A stretch of 61,718 nucleotides of DNA, filler included. It is 7 parts of 7 records of this genome, joined end to end, with 100 filler letters (N's around TTAATTAATTAA, not from the genome) between each part and the next. Parts side by side here need not be neighbours in the genome. Positions count along the whole stretch, not along the records: positions 50,466 to 56,577 come from SRR31156797_5319; positions 56,678 to 61,718 come from SRR31156797_5344; 5 more parts are not named here. One strand, written 5' to 3'. Shown here piece after piece: positions 50,551 to 60,313 of this stretch. Each line of letters begins with the position of its first letter. Position 1 is the first letter of the stretch. Below the pieces are notes generated by a model. That model saw nothing but the letters and a program-made list of their open reading frames with translations, was not told where the DNA came from and ran no database searches. The translations under genes were made by a program, and so were the position numbers.

Positions 50551-51561
50551 TTAAAATTTATATAAAACTTTAACTGCATCTCCACCATTTAATAATACAT
50601 CAAATCCTTCTTGTGCTTGCTCTGGTTCAAGTACATGAGTTAAGATTTTAGCGAAATCGAAGTCTTTGTTAAGAAGTTCAATTGCTACATCAAAATCATT
50701 TGGTACATATACTCTCACACCTATAACTTTTATCTCTTTGAACATTACAGCTAACAGATCAATCGGCGCTGGTTTCTTATACGCAGCAACGATTACTACT
50801 TTTCCCTTTACTTTTGTAACTTTTGATAATTGTTCAGATACAAGCGGGTGTCCTGCACAATCGAAAGTTATGTCAGCTCCTCTGCCATCTGTAAAATCTA
50901 ATATTTTTTGAGCTACATCGTCATTAATTGCATCAACTGTTGTAAAGCCTAATTCTTTTGCAATATTTAATCTAAACGGGTTAGCTTCAACCACCATAAC
51001 GTTATCTGTTTTAAGCAGTTTAAGAGCTGCTGCTGTTGCAAGTCCTATTGTTCCGGCTCCATATACAACAGCCTTTGCATCATTCGCAGTTCCTGCTTCC
51101 TCTACAGCATGTACACCTACTGCCATTGGCTCTGCAAATGCTGCTAATTTCAGATCAATATCATCAGGCATTACATGAATTTTATCTTTTGATACTTTTA
51201 TATACTCCGCAAATGCTCCCTCTGTATCAATTCCATATAATCTAAGGGACTTACACACATGACTATTTCCTGTTTTGCAAGGTTCACACTCTCCGCAAAA
51301 TATAAGTGGTCTAACTGTTACTTTAGTACCATCTTTCAGCTCTCCAAAATTTCCTTCTATAGTTCCTGATAATTCATGACCTATAATCAGTGGAGCTGCC
51401 GCTCTAGGGTGAGCACCCTGATAAATATTGAGATCTGTTCCACAAATTCCAGCATATGCAACTTTTACAAGAACTTCTCCTTCTGCAGGAACCGGTTTTG
51501 CTTTTTGTTCTACATTAATTGTATCTTTACCGTTATAAACGATAGCTTTCATCATTTCCAT
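50551..51561 (-). CDS. Zinc-dependent (MDR) sugar/polyol dehydrogenase
   Basis: GICGTD, GHELSG, CGECEPCKTGNSHVC, GAGTIG; start after GGAGG. Confidence 0.9.
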   Translation of the reverse strand: MEMMKAIVYNGKDTINVEQKAKPVPAEGEVLVKVAYAGICGTDLNIYQGAHPRAAAPLIIGHELSGTIEGNFGELKDGTKVTVRPLIFCGECEPCKTGNSHVCKSLRLYGIDTEGAFAEYIKVSKDKIHVMPDDIDLKLAAFAEPMAVGVHAVEEAGTANDAKAVVYGAGTIGLATAAALKLLKTDNVMVVEANPFRLNIAKELGFTTVDAINDDVAQKILDFTDGRGADITFDCAGHPLVSEQLSKVTKVKGKVVIVAAYKKPAPIDLLAVMFKEIKVIGVRVYVPNDFDVAIELLNKDFDFAKILTHVLEPEQAQEGFDVLLNGGDAVKVLYKF

Positions 51562-51598
51562 TGCTCTATTTCCTCCGATTTTTTTAGAATAATCGCTT

Positions 51599-51671
51599 CC
51601 CCCTCCCAACCTCCCCCTGATAAGGGGAGGAGTTTTTTAAGTCTCCCCTTATCAGGGAGATTTAGAGGGGG
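51599..51671. repeat. GC-rich REP/REPIN-like nested palindromic element
   Basis: Outer CCCCCTC/GAGGGGG; two internal self-palindromic units sharing an exact 15-nt inverted repeat CCCTGATAAGGGGAG/CTCCCCTTATCAGGG. Confidence 0.7.
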
Positions 51672-51677
51672 TCATCT

Positions 51678-52646
51678 CTAATACTCTCTATCATTAACTG
51701 GGTTTTTAGCCTCTTCGCCTCTTAAAACTCTAGCTACTTCTTCCGCTGCTTTTGTTTGTAAATCAACTTTTGCTTCCTCTGAGTACCAAGCAATATGCGG
51801 AGTTATATCAACGTTACTAAATGTTTTTAATTTATTATTCATCTGAATAGGTTCTGCTTCACATACATCTAATCCTGCTCCGCCCACAGTTCCATTTTCA
51901 AGCGCTTCGATTAATGCTTCTTCATCTATTAAGCCGCCTCTTGCAGTATTAACTATATAAGCACCTTTTTTCATTTTAGAAAATGCTTCTTTATTAAACA
52001 TATGTTGTGTTTTGTGATAAAGTGGTGCATGAATACTTATCGCATCAGAATTAGCTAACAGAGTATCAAAATTTACCATTTCACAACAAGTTTCTGTTGA
52101 TGTCTCAGGATCGATATTTGGATCAAATACTAATATTTTAAACCCAAAAGCTCTTGCTTTTTTTATAAACTCTCTACCTATTCTCCCTAAACCAACTACT
52201 CCTAATGTCATCTCACTTAATCTAGTAATTGAACCTGCTACTTTAAAGTCCCAACCATCATTTCTCACATCATTTGCAAGAAGAGTTGTTTTTCTGATTG
52301 CATTTAGAAGTAAAGTAATAGCGTGATCAGATACTTCAGCAACACCATAGTCAGGTACATTTACAACTGTTACTCCATGTTTCGTTGCCGCAGGAATATC
52401 TACACAATCAACACCTACTCCATATCTTGAAACAATCTTAAGGTTTTTAAGATTTTCAAATACCTTCTCAGTTATTGGTGCATATTGAACTAATAATCCA
52501 TCTGCATCTTTTGCTTTCTCTATGACTTCATCCTCTGTTTTACAATGAAGAGGAATAAACTCTGCATCTAATTGCGAAATTACCGCTTCTTCATATTTTA
52601 ATGTTGCATATTCATAATCTGTTACATATACTTTGAATTTACTCAT
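51678..52646 (-). CDS. D-isomer-specific 2-hydroxyacid dehydrogenase (CtBP/SerA-like)
   Basis: RYGVGVD, NVPDY..EVSDH, GLGRIG, VNTARGGLIDE, TPHIAWYSE. Confidence 0.9.
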   Translation of the reverse strand: MSKFKVYVTDYEYATLKYEEAVISQLDAEFIPLHCKTEDEVIEKAKDADGLLVQYAPITEKVFENLKNLKIVSRYGVGVDCVDIPAATKHGVTVVNVPDYGVAEVSDHAITLLLNAIRKTTLLANDVRNDGWDFKVAGSITRLSEMTLGVVGLGRIGREFIKKARAFGFKILVFDPNIDPETSTETCCEMVNFDTLLANSDAISIHAPLYHKTQHMFNKEAFSKMKKGAYIVNTARGGLIDEEALIEALENGTVGGAGLDVCEAEPIQMNNKLKTFSNVDITPHIAWYSEEAKVDLQTKAAEEVARVLRGEEAKNPVNDREY

Positions 52647-52942
52647 TTTACCTCCTATAATTATTTTCAATTTCAATTCAGATTAAAGCTGAAATAATTT
52701 GAAAATAATTCTGATCTCTTCCTACTATTCTTTTAATCTTTACTTCTATTATTTAGTCCCTTGAGACTTTAAAATCTCAATTCAATTACTTTGTCTTAGT
52801 AAAACTCTAGTTAATTGTAAGTTGTTAACAATAATTTTTTCTAGAAATTTTGGAAGTGATTTCAGCTTATCTTCCGGACAAGCTAAAACACTCCCAAAAC
52901 TCTATGTTCTATTTATTCTAAGTTTAGTATCCTCTTTAACTT

Positions 52943-54493
52943 TTATTGGTTTTGCTTTTTCCAAGCTTCATTAATTACTTTACCTATTTTATCGCTTCCT
53001 TTTCTTTTACATTCAGTTACAAATGCATCCCATTCCGAGAAAGGAACTTTTCCATAAATGAAACTTTCAACCATTGAGTTTTTGTAATCATTTACAGGTG
53101 GTACATATAATTTAAGTGCATCAATATCATCTTCCGAATATCTTACTTTTGGATCTATTGGTTTAACTGCATTAGCTTCAGCAATTTTATCAAATAATCC
53201 GGCAATCTCATCACCATTAAACGCTGCAAAGAAATCAGGATGTCTTCTTAAGTTTAATGAATTGTTTTGTAATCCCCATTCTTTAGAGAAATCAATAGAT
53301 AAATCTTTATATCTATATTTCCCATCTTCTTTTACATATGAAACTCCCTCTTTACCAAATGTCGTAATTACAGCAGCTTCTTCTGAATAGAACCAATCAA
53401 TGAATGCTAATACTTCATCGAATCTTTTATGATTTTTAAGCGATGCCGGTAAAATCATAAATTGTTCGTATAAACTTCCTCTTTCCACTGCATAATCTCC
53501 ACTAGGCCCAGTTACAGGAAATATTGGTTGTACATTGAAATCAGGATCACTCTTTTTACCTTCAAGATTATATCTAACTTGGTTTCCAACCCAATCAGCC
53601 ATAATAAACTGGTTCCCCTGAATAATTTTTTGCTCATACGCAGTACTGTCTAATGATGTAAACTCTTGATCAAGTACACCTTTTTCAATTAATTTATTAA
53701 TGTACATTAATAACTCTTTATATTCATCTGTAATAGGAGCATATTCCCAAGTATCACTTGCTTTATCATAGATATGTCCATTTGTTGATAATGACCATCC
53801 TGCTAAAGTACCGAATCCAGAACCAAGCATCCCCATAATGTTTCCTGAACCAAATCTATTTGTGATTGGTGTAGAATCAGGATAAATTTCTTTTAATTTT
53901 TTCCCTGCTTCAAATACATCATCTAAAGTTTTAGGTAGTGGAATATTATGTTTTTCAAAGATATCTACTCTAACTAACCATTGATGGATTCTCATTCTTT
54001 TAGTATCCGCTTTAGCCGGTAAAGTATAGAACTTCCCATCAGCTTCTCTTAAATTATTAATATCATCCTTATAATCATTTTCAGCTAGAAAATTCTTTAA
54101 GTTAGGCATTTTATCTAAGTAATCGTCAATTGGAAGAAGTAAGCCGTTTATTACATCTTCTGATGCTGCTTGCTGTTTTGAATAAACCATTTCAGGTATT
54201 TTTCCTGAATTAAATACTATCTGTCTTTTTGCTTCATAATCATTTGCTGCATCAGGTACAGCTTGAAGTTGAAGTTTAACTCCTGTAGCTTTTTCAATCT
54301 CTTGTAGTACTAACCACTCCTCTCTATAAGGATAAGATGAGTTGTCAGGATATAGCATTTTTATAACTAATTGTTCTTTTGCTTTTGCTGAATCAGAAGA
54401 TTTTGTCGTTGAGTTTTCCTCTTTTTTTCCACCACATGCTACTATTAATGTAATAAGTAATAGACACGACATTAACTGAATAAATCTTTTCAT
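52943..54493 (-). CDS. Carbohydrate ABC solute-binding lipoprotein (LplA-like)
   Basis: Lipobox IVAC; LLPIDDYLDKMPNL, DGKFYTLP, PKTLDD, FIDWFYSEE..FGKEG. Confidence 0.88.
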   Translation of the reverse strand: MKRFIQLMSCLLLITLIVACGGKKEENSTTKSSDSAKAKEQLVIKMLYPDNSSYPYREEWLVLQEIEKATGVKLQLQAVPDAANDYEAKRQIVFNSGKIPEMVYSKQQAASEDVINGLLLPIDDYLDKMPNLKNFLAENDYKDDINNLREADGKFYTLPAKADTKRMRIHQWLVRVDIFEKHNIPLPKTLDDVFEAGKKLKEIYPDSTPITNRFGSGNIMGMLGSGFGTLAGWSLSTNGHIYDKASDTWEYAPITDEYKELLMYINKLIEKGVLDQEFTSLDSTAYEQKIIQGNQFIMADWVGNQVRYNLEGKKSDPDFNVQPIFPVTGPSGDYAVERGSLYEQFMILPASLKNHKRFDEVLAFIDWFYSEEAAVITTFGKEGVSYVKEDGKYRYKDLSIDFSKEWGLQNNSLNLRRHPDFFAAFNGDEIAGLFDKIAEANAVKPIDPKVRYSEDDIDALKLYVPPVNDYKNSMVESFIYGKVPFSEWDAFVTECKRKGSDKIGKVINEAWKKQNQ

Positions 54494-54657
54494 TTGTTAC
54501 CACCCTTCATTTCGAATAAAATAATAATAATTGTATGTTCCCCAAACTTTAAACATAAGATGTATGATGTATTTTGTGTAAAATACACTTTCATTCATAC
54601 AATTATTGCATAAATAAATTTATGTAATAATTTGTTCTCTGTTTGAGATTAAAAAGA

Positions 54658-55533
54658 CTAACCTTTTACTGACCCTATCATAACTCCTTTTACAAAATAT
54701 TTTTGTACAAAAGGATAAATACATAACATTGGTAGTATCACCAGCATCGTAGAAGCTGCCTGTAGTGTTTGTGAAATTGATTTTGCTGACGTTGCATCGA
54801 TTGATTGGTTTGATGTAGACATCATTTGCCCCAGCATAATGTTTCTCAGATACATCGTAACCGGGTATAGTTTATCATCATTTAAAAATATCAACGCTTG
54901 AAACCAGTCATTCCAATACCATACAGCATTAAATAGAGCAATTGTTGCGATAATTGGTTTAGATAATGGTAATACTATATGAAGTAATACTCCTACTTGC
55001 CCCAGTCCGTCAATTTCTCCGGCTTCTTCCAAACTTTGCGGTATTCCATGAAAGAATGTTTTCATAATAAGTACATTATATGCATTAATTGCACCAGGGA
55101 TAATTATTGCCCAAACTGTATTTACCATTCCTAAAGATTTAATTACTAAGAAAAACGGAATTAAACCTCCCTCGAAAAACATAGTAAATACTATAAATTT
55201 TAATATAAATTGGTTTCCGTATAAATTTTTCTTTGATAATGGATAAGCAGTCATTATTGTTAAAATAACACTAAGTGATGTACCCATCGCCGTATAAAAT
55301 ATCGTATTTCTATAACCTATCCAAAATTTTGACTGTTCCAAAATCTCTCTATAAGAAAGAAAATTAAGTTCTACTGGAAAGATTGAAACCCTCCCTGAAA
55401 GTACTGCATTCGAACTACTAAGAGATACTGCAAACATGTATAAAAATGGATATAAAGTTAAGAATGCTATAAATGTTAAAAACATTATATTAAAGACTTT
55501 AAAAACTTTATAACCTTTAGTTTCGTATACCAT
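54658..55533 (-). CDS. Carbohydrate ABC permease (LplC-like)
   Basis: AYPLSK, FEGGLIP, SLEEAGEIDG, WNDWF, YPFVQKYFVKGVMIGSVKG. Confidence 0.92.
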   Translation of the reverse strand: MVYETKGYKVFKVFNIMFLTFIAFLTLYPFLYMFAVSLSSSNAVLSGRVSIFPVELNFLSYREILEQSKFWIGYRNTIFYTAMGTSLSVILTIMTAYPLSKKNLYGNQFILKFIVFTMFFEGGLIPFFLVIKSLGMVNTVWAIIIPGAINAYNVLIMKTFFHGIPQSLEEAGEIDGLGQVGVLLHIVLPLSKPIIATIALFNAVWYWNDWFQALIFLNDDKLYPVTMYLRNIMLGQMMSTSNQSIDATSAKSISQTLQAASTMLVILPMLCIYPFVQKYFVKGVMIGSVKG

Positions 55534-55545
55534 GACTACTCCTTT

Positions 55546-56511
55546 CTACCATAAACTATAGTCTGAGTATTTACTAGCAAGATAGTTTGTTGTCCATAAT
55601 AACATTAAACTAATCAGCGCTTGAAATAAACCAACTGCTGTAGCGTAACTGAAGTTATTACCCTCTAGACCAATTCTAAATACATATGTTTGAATAACAT
55701 CTGCAACATCGTATGTCCCTGGTTTGTAAAGTAACAGGATCTTCTCAAATCCACTCTTTAGTAACTGTCCTACTGCTAAAATAAATGTGATAACTATAGT
55801 TGGCATGATACCCGGTATAGTTACGTATATCGTCTGTTGCCATCTTGTTGCTCCGTCAAGAATAGCTGCTTCATACAACTGTTCATCAACACCTGCTAAT
55901 GCTGCTATATAAAGAATTGCATTCCATCCCATAAACTGCCATACATCCGAAATGATATAAATCGGTCTAAACCAAGCTGATTCATTAACGAAAAATATCG
56001 GATCAATTCCAAATGATTTAAGTAGACCATTAATAATTCCAGTAGATGGTGATAACAAACTGTTAATCATCAATACTACAATTACAATTGATAGGAATTT
56101 TGGTAAATATGATACTGTTTGTACAATTTTTTTGAATTTCTCACTTCTTAATTCATTTAGTAATAGAGCAAAGATAATCGGTAATGGAAATCCAATCACC
56201 AGCGCCATAACACTTAATACTATTGTATTTTTAAAAACGTTCCAAAATGTAGGATCAGATAAAAATAACTTAAAATATTTTAACCCTACCCATTTAACAC
56301 CAAAAGGCGCACCAGGAACAAATTTCCTAAATCCAAGAATAATACCATACATTGGTAGATATCTAAAAAGAATGAAATAAACTATCGGAATTATCAATAA
56401 CAGATACATTTGATAATTACGTTTCCAAGATTTCTTAAAAAGATTCATTTTAGACTTATCATCAGTCTCAGCTTTAGGAATTAAATCATCACTACTCGCT
56501 TTTTTTATCAT
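55546..56511 (-). CDS. Carbohydrate ABC permease (LplB-like)
   Basis: YLPMYG, QTVSYLP, GWNAILYIAAL, LYEAAILDGA, YATAVGLF. Confidence 0.92.
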   Translation of the reverse strand: MIKKASSDDLIPKAETDDKSKMNLFKKSWKRNYQMYLLLIIPIVYFILFRYLPMYGIILGFRKFVPGAPFGVKWVGLKYFKLFLSDPTFWNVFKNTIVLSVMALVIGFPLPIIFALLLNELRSEKFKKIVQTVSYLPKFLSIVIVVLMINSLLSPSTGIINGLLKSFGIDPIFFVNESAWFRPIYIISDVWQFMGWNAILYIAALAGVDEQLYEAAILDGATRWQQTIYVTIPGIMPTIVITFILAVGQLLKSGFEKILLLYKPGTYDVADVIQTYVFRIGLEGNNFSYATAVGLFQALISLMLLWTTNYLASKYSDYSLW

Positions 56512-56577
56512 CGTTAACTCCTTATATATTTTTTAAAGTCAAATCGATTCTTTTTGACTTTGGTCTAAAAAATATTC

Positions 56578-56677
56578 NNNNNNNNNNNNNNNNNNNNNNN
56601 NNNNNNNNNNNNNNNNNNNNNTTAATTAATTAANNNNNNNNNNNNNNNNNNNNNNNNNNNNNNNNNNNNNNNNNNNN
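56578..56677. other. Artificial contig spacer
   Basis: N44-TTAATTAATTAA-N44. Confidence 0.99.
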
Positions 56678-57922
56678 GATCTGGACCAGGTCGCGCCGGA
56701 CCATCCTGTTTGCCTGACCCATTATTCCGGGCACCTTGTCGCGGTCAACAGCAAGGCCCTGGAATTGGCCTGCATCGATAAAAACACGCCGGATCCGGGC
56801 GGCGGTAAGATTTTTCGCGACCAGTCAACCGGCGAGCCTACGGGCGTTCTGGCTGAAATGGCCGGCTTTGCGATTATCAAACTCATGACTCCCAAGTCCG
56901 TGGACGATCTGGTTGATGGGCTGAAACTGGCTAATCGCGAGTATGTTGAAAACGGCGTCACCTCCATTCACGACGCCCTTGTCGGATTCCAGAATCCAAA
57001 CGAAATTACGGCTTATTTTAAAGCTGTCGAAGACAAGGCCATATCCGTTCGGGTGCAGGCCTTCCTTAGTCACGATTTATTAACCGGCTGCCTGATGGAA
57101 GGCGAGCAGTTAAATAACCTGGGCATTGCCCGGGGGTGCGGTGATGAGAGATTTAAAATTGGCGCCGTAAAAATCGTTCAGGACGGCTCGCTGCCGGGTA
57201 TGACCGGGGCGGTGATCGATCCTTATCTGTGCAACCCGGCGGAAAGAGGAATACTGCTTTATTCCCAGGAAGAACTGACCGAAACTGTCATCAATTTCCA
57301 CAAGGCCGGCTGGCAGATAGCCATCCATGGCAATGCGGACCGTGGCATTGAATCCGCGCTCCAGGCCCTGGAATCGGCCCTTAATGTTCTACCGAGGGAT
57401 AATCACAGGCATCGTATAGAACACTGCCAACTCGCCCATGAAGACCAGCTTCAAAGAATGGCCAAAGCCGGAATCGGAGCTTCATTTCATATCACCCATG
57501 TCAACTTTTGGGGAGATCATCACCGGGATATGTTTTTCGGTCCGGCCAGGGCGAGCCGCATCGATCCTCTTAAGTCCGCCCTTGACCACGGAGTAATTTT
57601 CGGACTCCACACCGACTGCCCGGTGTTGCCCATAGCGCCGATCAAGGGATGTCTTTACCCGGCCGTGGCCAGGGAAACCATGAGCGGAAAAATACTGGGC
57701 CCCGAACAGGCAATCAGCGTTGATGAAGCATTAAAGGCCCTGACCATCAATGCCGCCTATCTCGGATTTGAGGAAAATATCAAGGGCTCCATCGAAGTCG
57801 GAAAACTGGCCGACTTTGTGTCTCTATCCGAAGACCCGTATCTTGTTGCGCCTGCAGATCTGAAAGATGTTCGAGTGGAAATGACCATGATCGGAGGAGA
57901 GGTGGTTTATCAACAGGGCTGA
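56678..57922 (+). CDS. Amidohydrolase_3 (YtcJ-like) metal-dependent hydrolase, 5' truncated
   Basis: GEPTGVL.E, KIVQDGS, AIHGNAD, RHRIEHCQ, HTDCP, KGSIEVGKLADF; frame open from the contig edge. Confidence 0.9.
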   Translation, partial: DLDQVAPDHPVCLTHYSGHLVAVNSKALELACIDKNTPDPGGGKIFRDQSTGEPTGVLAEMAGFAIIKLMTPKSVDDLVDGLKLANREYVENGVTSIHDALVGFQNPNEITAYFKAVEDKAISVRVQAFLSHDLLTGCLMEGEQLNNLGIARGCGDERFKIGAVKIVQDGSLPGMTGAVIDPYLCNPAERGILLYSQEELTETVINFHKAGWQIAIHGNADRGIESALQALESALNVLPRDNHRHRIEHCQLAHEDQLQRMAKAGIGASFHITHVNFWGDHHRDMFFGPARASRIDPLKSALDHGVIFGLHTDCPVLPIAPIKGCLYPAVARETMSGKILGPEQAISVDEALKALTINAAYLGFEENIKGSIEVGKLADFVSLSEDPYLVAPADLKDVRVEMTMIGGEVVYQQG

Positions 57923-58087
57923 CCGCGGCGCTTCGAATACCGGGCATTCGCCGGATAATTTTTCCGTGGAAACGCCCGGAAGCCGAAAAGGTTATTGTCC
58001 TGCACCGCTCCACAAGAGACCCGGATTGGATGAAGGTAACAGGAAACATAGTTTCAAAAAACCATATCCTTAAAGGAGGGATTAATT

Positions 58088-59503
58088 ATGAATCTTGAAC
58101 AAACTTTCATGCCGTACCTTATTTCATTCGGCTGGGTGGCGGCCCTGCTTCTGCTGGGTACTTTTCTAAGGGCCAAAATCAGTTTTTTTCAGAAATTTCT
58201 GGTGCCAAGCTCCCTGATTGGCGGGTTGATCGGTTTTGTTCTTATGAGCCTGGACTGGGTCGGCATCCCTAGCATGGAAAAAGGCTGGATTCCAGTCGAC
58301 TCCAAGGTTTTCAGCCTGATCGCATTTCATCTTTTCAGTTTCAGTTTCATCGCCATTGGATTAATCAGCGGCGGCGGTTCAGCCGGCGCCAATAAGAAAC
58401 AGCTTTTTTGGGGCTCTCTATGGCAGTGGGGCCTTTTTATCACCATGCTTTGCACCCAGTCTTTAATCGGCTATTTCATCTTTGTCGGGTACAACAGCGT
58501 CTCAGGCGCGGATTTTTACGCGCCCCTGGGCATGTTGGCCGGCCATGGATTCGCCCAGGGACCGGGGCAGGCTCTGGCGATTTCAGGCGTGTGGCAGTCG
58601 GGCTTTAAAATCGAGGACGCCCTGACAGTCGGGCTCGCCTTTGCCGCTGTCGGATTTTTCATCGCCGCTTTTGTCGGCGTCCCCCTGGCCTACTGGGGCA
58701 TTCGTAAGGGAATGGCCACATATTCCCCAAAGGAAATGCCGCCCGAATTCAAGGTCGGCCTCATGCCTCCGGAGAGTGAGCAGCCCATAGGCCGGCATAC
58801 CACCCATCCCGGAAATATCGATTCCGTGGCTTTTCACCTGGCCATTATGGGTATGACTTACCTGTTGGGGTACTACTTCGTGTATGCTCTGAAAAATTAT
58901 ATCCTGCCGGGGCCGCTGGGCGTCCTTAGCTTCGGCTTTATCTTCTTTTGGGGAATGATAGTGGCCATCTTCGTCCGGTTTGTTTTCAACAAGATCGGCG
59001 CGGGAAAATATATCGACGATAACCAGGTCCGGCGGCTTACCGGAACCTGCGTCGATTTCCTGGTTGTCTCGGTGCTCATGGCCATCCAAATAGGCATTGT
59101 CTGGAAATACATCGTCCCATTGGGCTTGACCATGTTGACCGCGGCCACGGTAACCGTGCTTGTGGTGGTATTTTTCGGCAAACGGCTGGTCAAGTTCGGG
59201 TTCGAAAGAATTGTCATGCTGGCCGGTCAGCTCACGGGGACCACTCCCAGCGGGCTGATGCTGCTTCGTATTGTGGACCCCGAGTTCAAAACTCCTGTGG
59301 CCGTGGAAGCCGGATTGATGAACATGTTCGGGCTGGTTCTGGCCCTTCATCTTATGTTTTTCATTACCCTAGTGCCCGGTCCCAAGTTCCCCAACGCTTT
59401 CCAGATGGTCCTGGTTTACGTGATCACCGGCGCTGTTCATTTCGGACTGCTCCTGTTAGCCAAGTCCATGCTGAACAAATCGGTCCAGACAAACGACGCT
59501 TAA
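58088..59503 (+). CDS. Sodium:glutamate symporter (GltS/ESS family)
   Basis: FQKFLVPSSLIGG, GFAQGPGQA, GQLTGTTPSGLMLLRIVDPEFKTP. Confidence 0.85.
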   Translation: MNLEQTFMPYLISFGWVAALLLLGTFLRAKISFFQKFLVPSSLIGGLIGFVLMSLDWVGIPSMEKGWIPVDSKVFSLIAFHLFSFSFIAIGLISGGGSAGANKKQLFWGSLWQWGLFITMLCTQSLIGYFIFVGYNSVSGADFYAPLGMLAGHGFAQGPGQALAISGVWQSGFKIEDALTVGLAFAAVGFFIAAFVGVPLAYWGIRKGMATYSPKEMPPEFKVGLMPPESEQPIGRHTTHPGNIDSVAFHLAIMGMTYLLGYYFVYALKNYILPGPLGVLSFGFIFFWGMIVAIFVRFVFNKIGAGKYIDDNQVRRLTGTCVDFLVVSVLMAIQIGIVWKYIVPLGLTMLTAATVTVLVVVFFGKRLVKFGFERIVMLAGQLTGTTPSGLMLLRIVDPEFKTPVAVEAGLMNMFGLVLALHLMFFITLVPGPKFPNAFQMVLVYVITGAVHFGLLLLAKSMLNKSVQTNDA

Positions 59504-59523
59504 TAACAATTAAATAAGCTATA

Positions 59524-59563
59524 CGGTTTCGGAGGCCCTAAAAGTAATAGGCCTCCGAAACCG
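59524..59563. terminator. Hairpin between convergent genes (probable terminator)
   Basis: CGGTTTCGGAGGCC...GGCCTCCGAAACCG 14-bp stem. Confidence 0.7.
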
Positions 59564-59622
59564 GAAATTCTTTAATCAAGGCATTATTTTATTTTAATTC
59601 TTATTTTGGTCGGCCTTTTTCA

Positions 59623-60285
59623 TTAAGAAGTCCTGAAAAATTGAAACCGGCAAGCGTCGCTGCCCTCGGAAAGCATGGTGGGCCTCTCCATTCTGATGCC
59701 GTATTTTTCCAGTGCATCGGCCCATACGTAATCCGCGCCGCAGATGATGTACAGGACGTCCCGGCCGTCGTGAGAAAGTAAAAAATCCGAAAACCCGCAT
59801 TTGCGGACGTTCACCATATGCCTTTTGTGATCCGTGAACACAGGCTCATATATCCAGCCCTGGCCGAACTGTTCTTCACCCTTTCTCGTAAAATTAGTAC
59901 AAACCTGGTCCCAGGCTTTTTCCGGCGCATCTGCGGAAATTTCAAAACGCTTAAGCAGGTATGCATCCAGACCGCCTGCGAAAAAGGCTGAATACAGGGA
60001 TTCCCTTATCGCGTCAAGTATATCTTGCTTTTCTTTTACATCCGCCAATAGGGCCTTGAAAGCAGCCAATACAGCCGCTGAAAGTTTCAGAAAAATCGCG
60101 CCTTGCAAGTCAACAGCCCGCCACGAGTCGGACTTCTCAAGAGATTCGATTAAACGATTAATATCAGTCGACGCTTCGTCCCACGATCTGTCTATCAGAG
60201 GCTCAATTCTTTTTCGGACATCATCCAAAAAAACACTACGTATTTCTACGACCAAAGGTTCGACCTGCGTTAATAACTCGGACAT
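59623..60285 (-). CDS. L-2-amino-thiazoline-4-carboxylic acid (ATC) hydrolase family protein
   Basis: Three-Cys pattern VRKC..., IICGAD, R..ML.EGSDACRF; ATG 60285 after AGGAGG. Confidence 0.7.
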   Translation of the reverse strand: MSELLTQVEPLVVEIRSVFLDDVRKRIEPLIDRSWDEASTDINRLIESLEKSDSWRAVDLQGAIFLKLSAAVLAAFKALLADVKEKQDILDAIRESLYSAFFAGGLDAYLLKRFEISADAPEKAWDQVCTNFTRKGEEQFGQGWIYEPVFTDHKRHMVNVRKCGFSDFLLSHDGRDVLYIICGADYVWADALEKYGIRMERPTMLSEGSDACRFQFFRTS

Positions 60286-60313
60286 GCGATCCTCCTTTAT
60301 AACTTTATATGGG

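Noticed and set aside
52680-52940. Several AT-rich hairpins between the solute-binding protein and dehydrogenase genes (also 54500-54650)
   Set aside because: Consistent with ordinary terminators or stabilisers in low-GC DNA; no repeat-spacer periodicity
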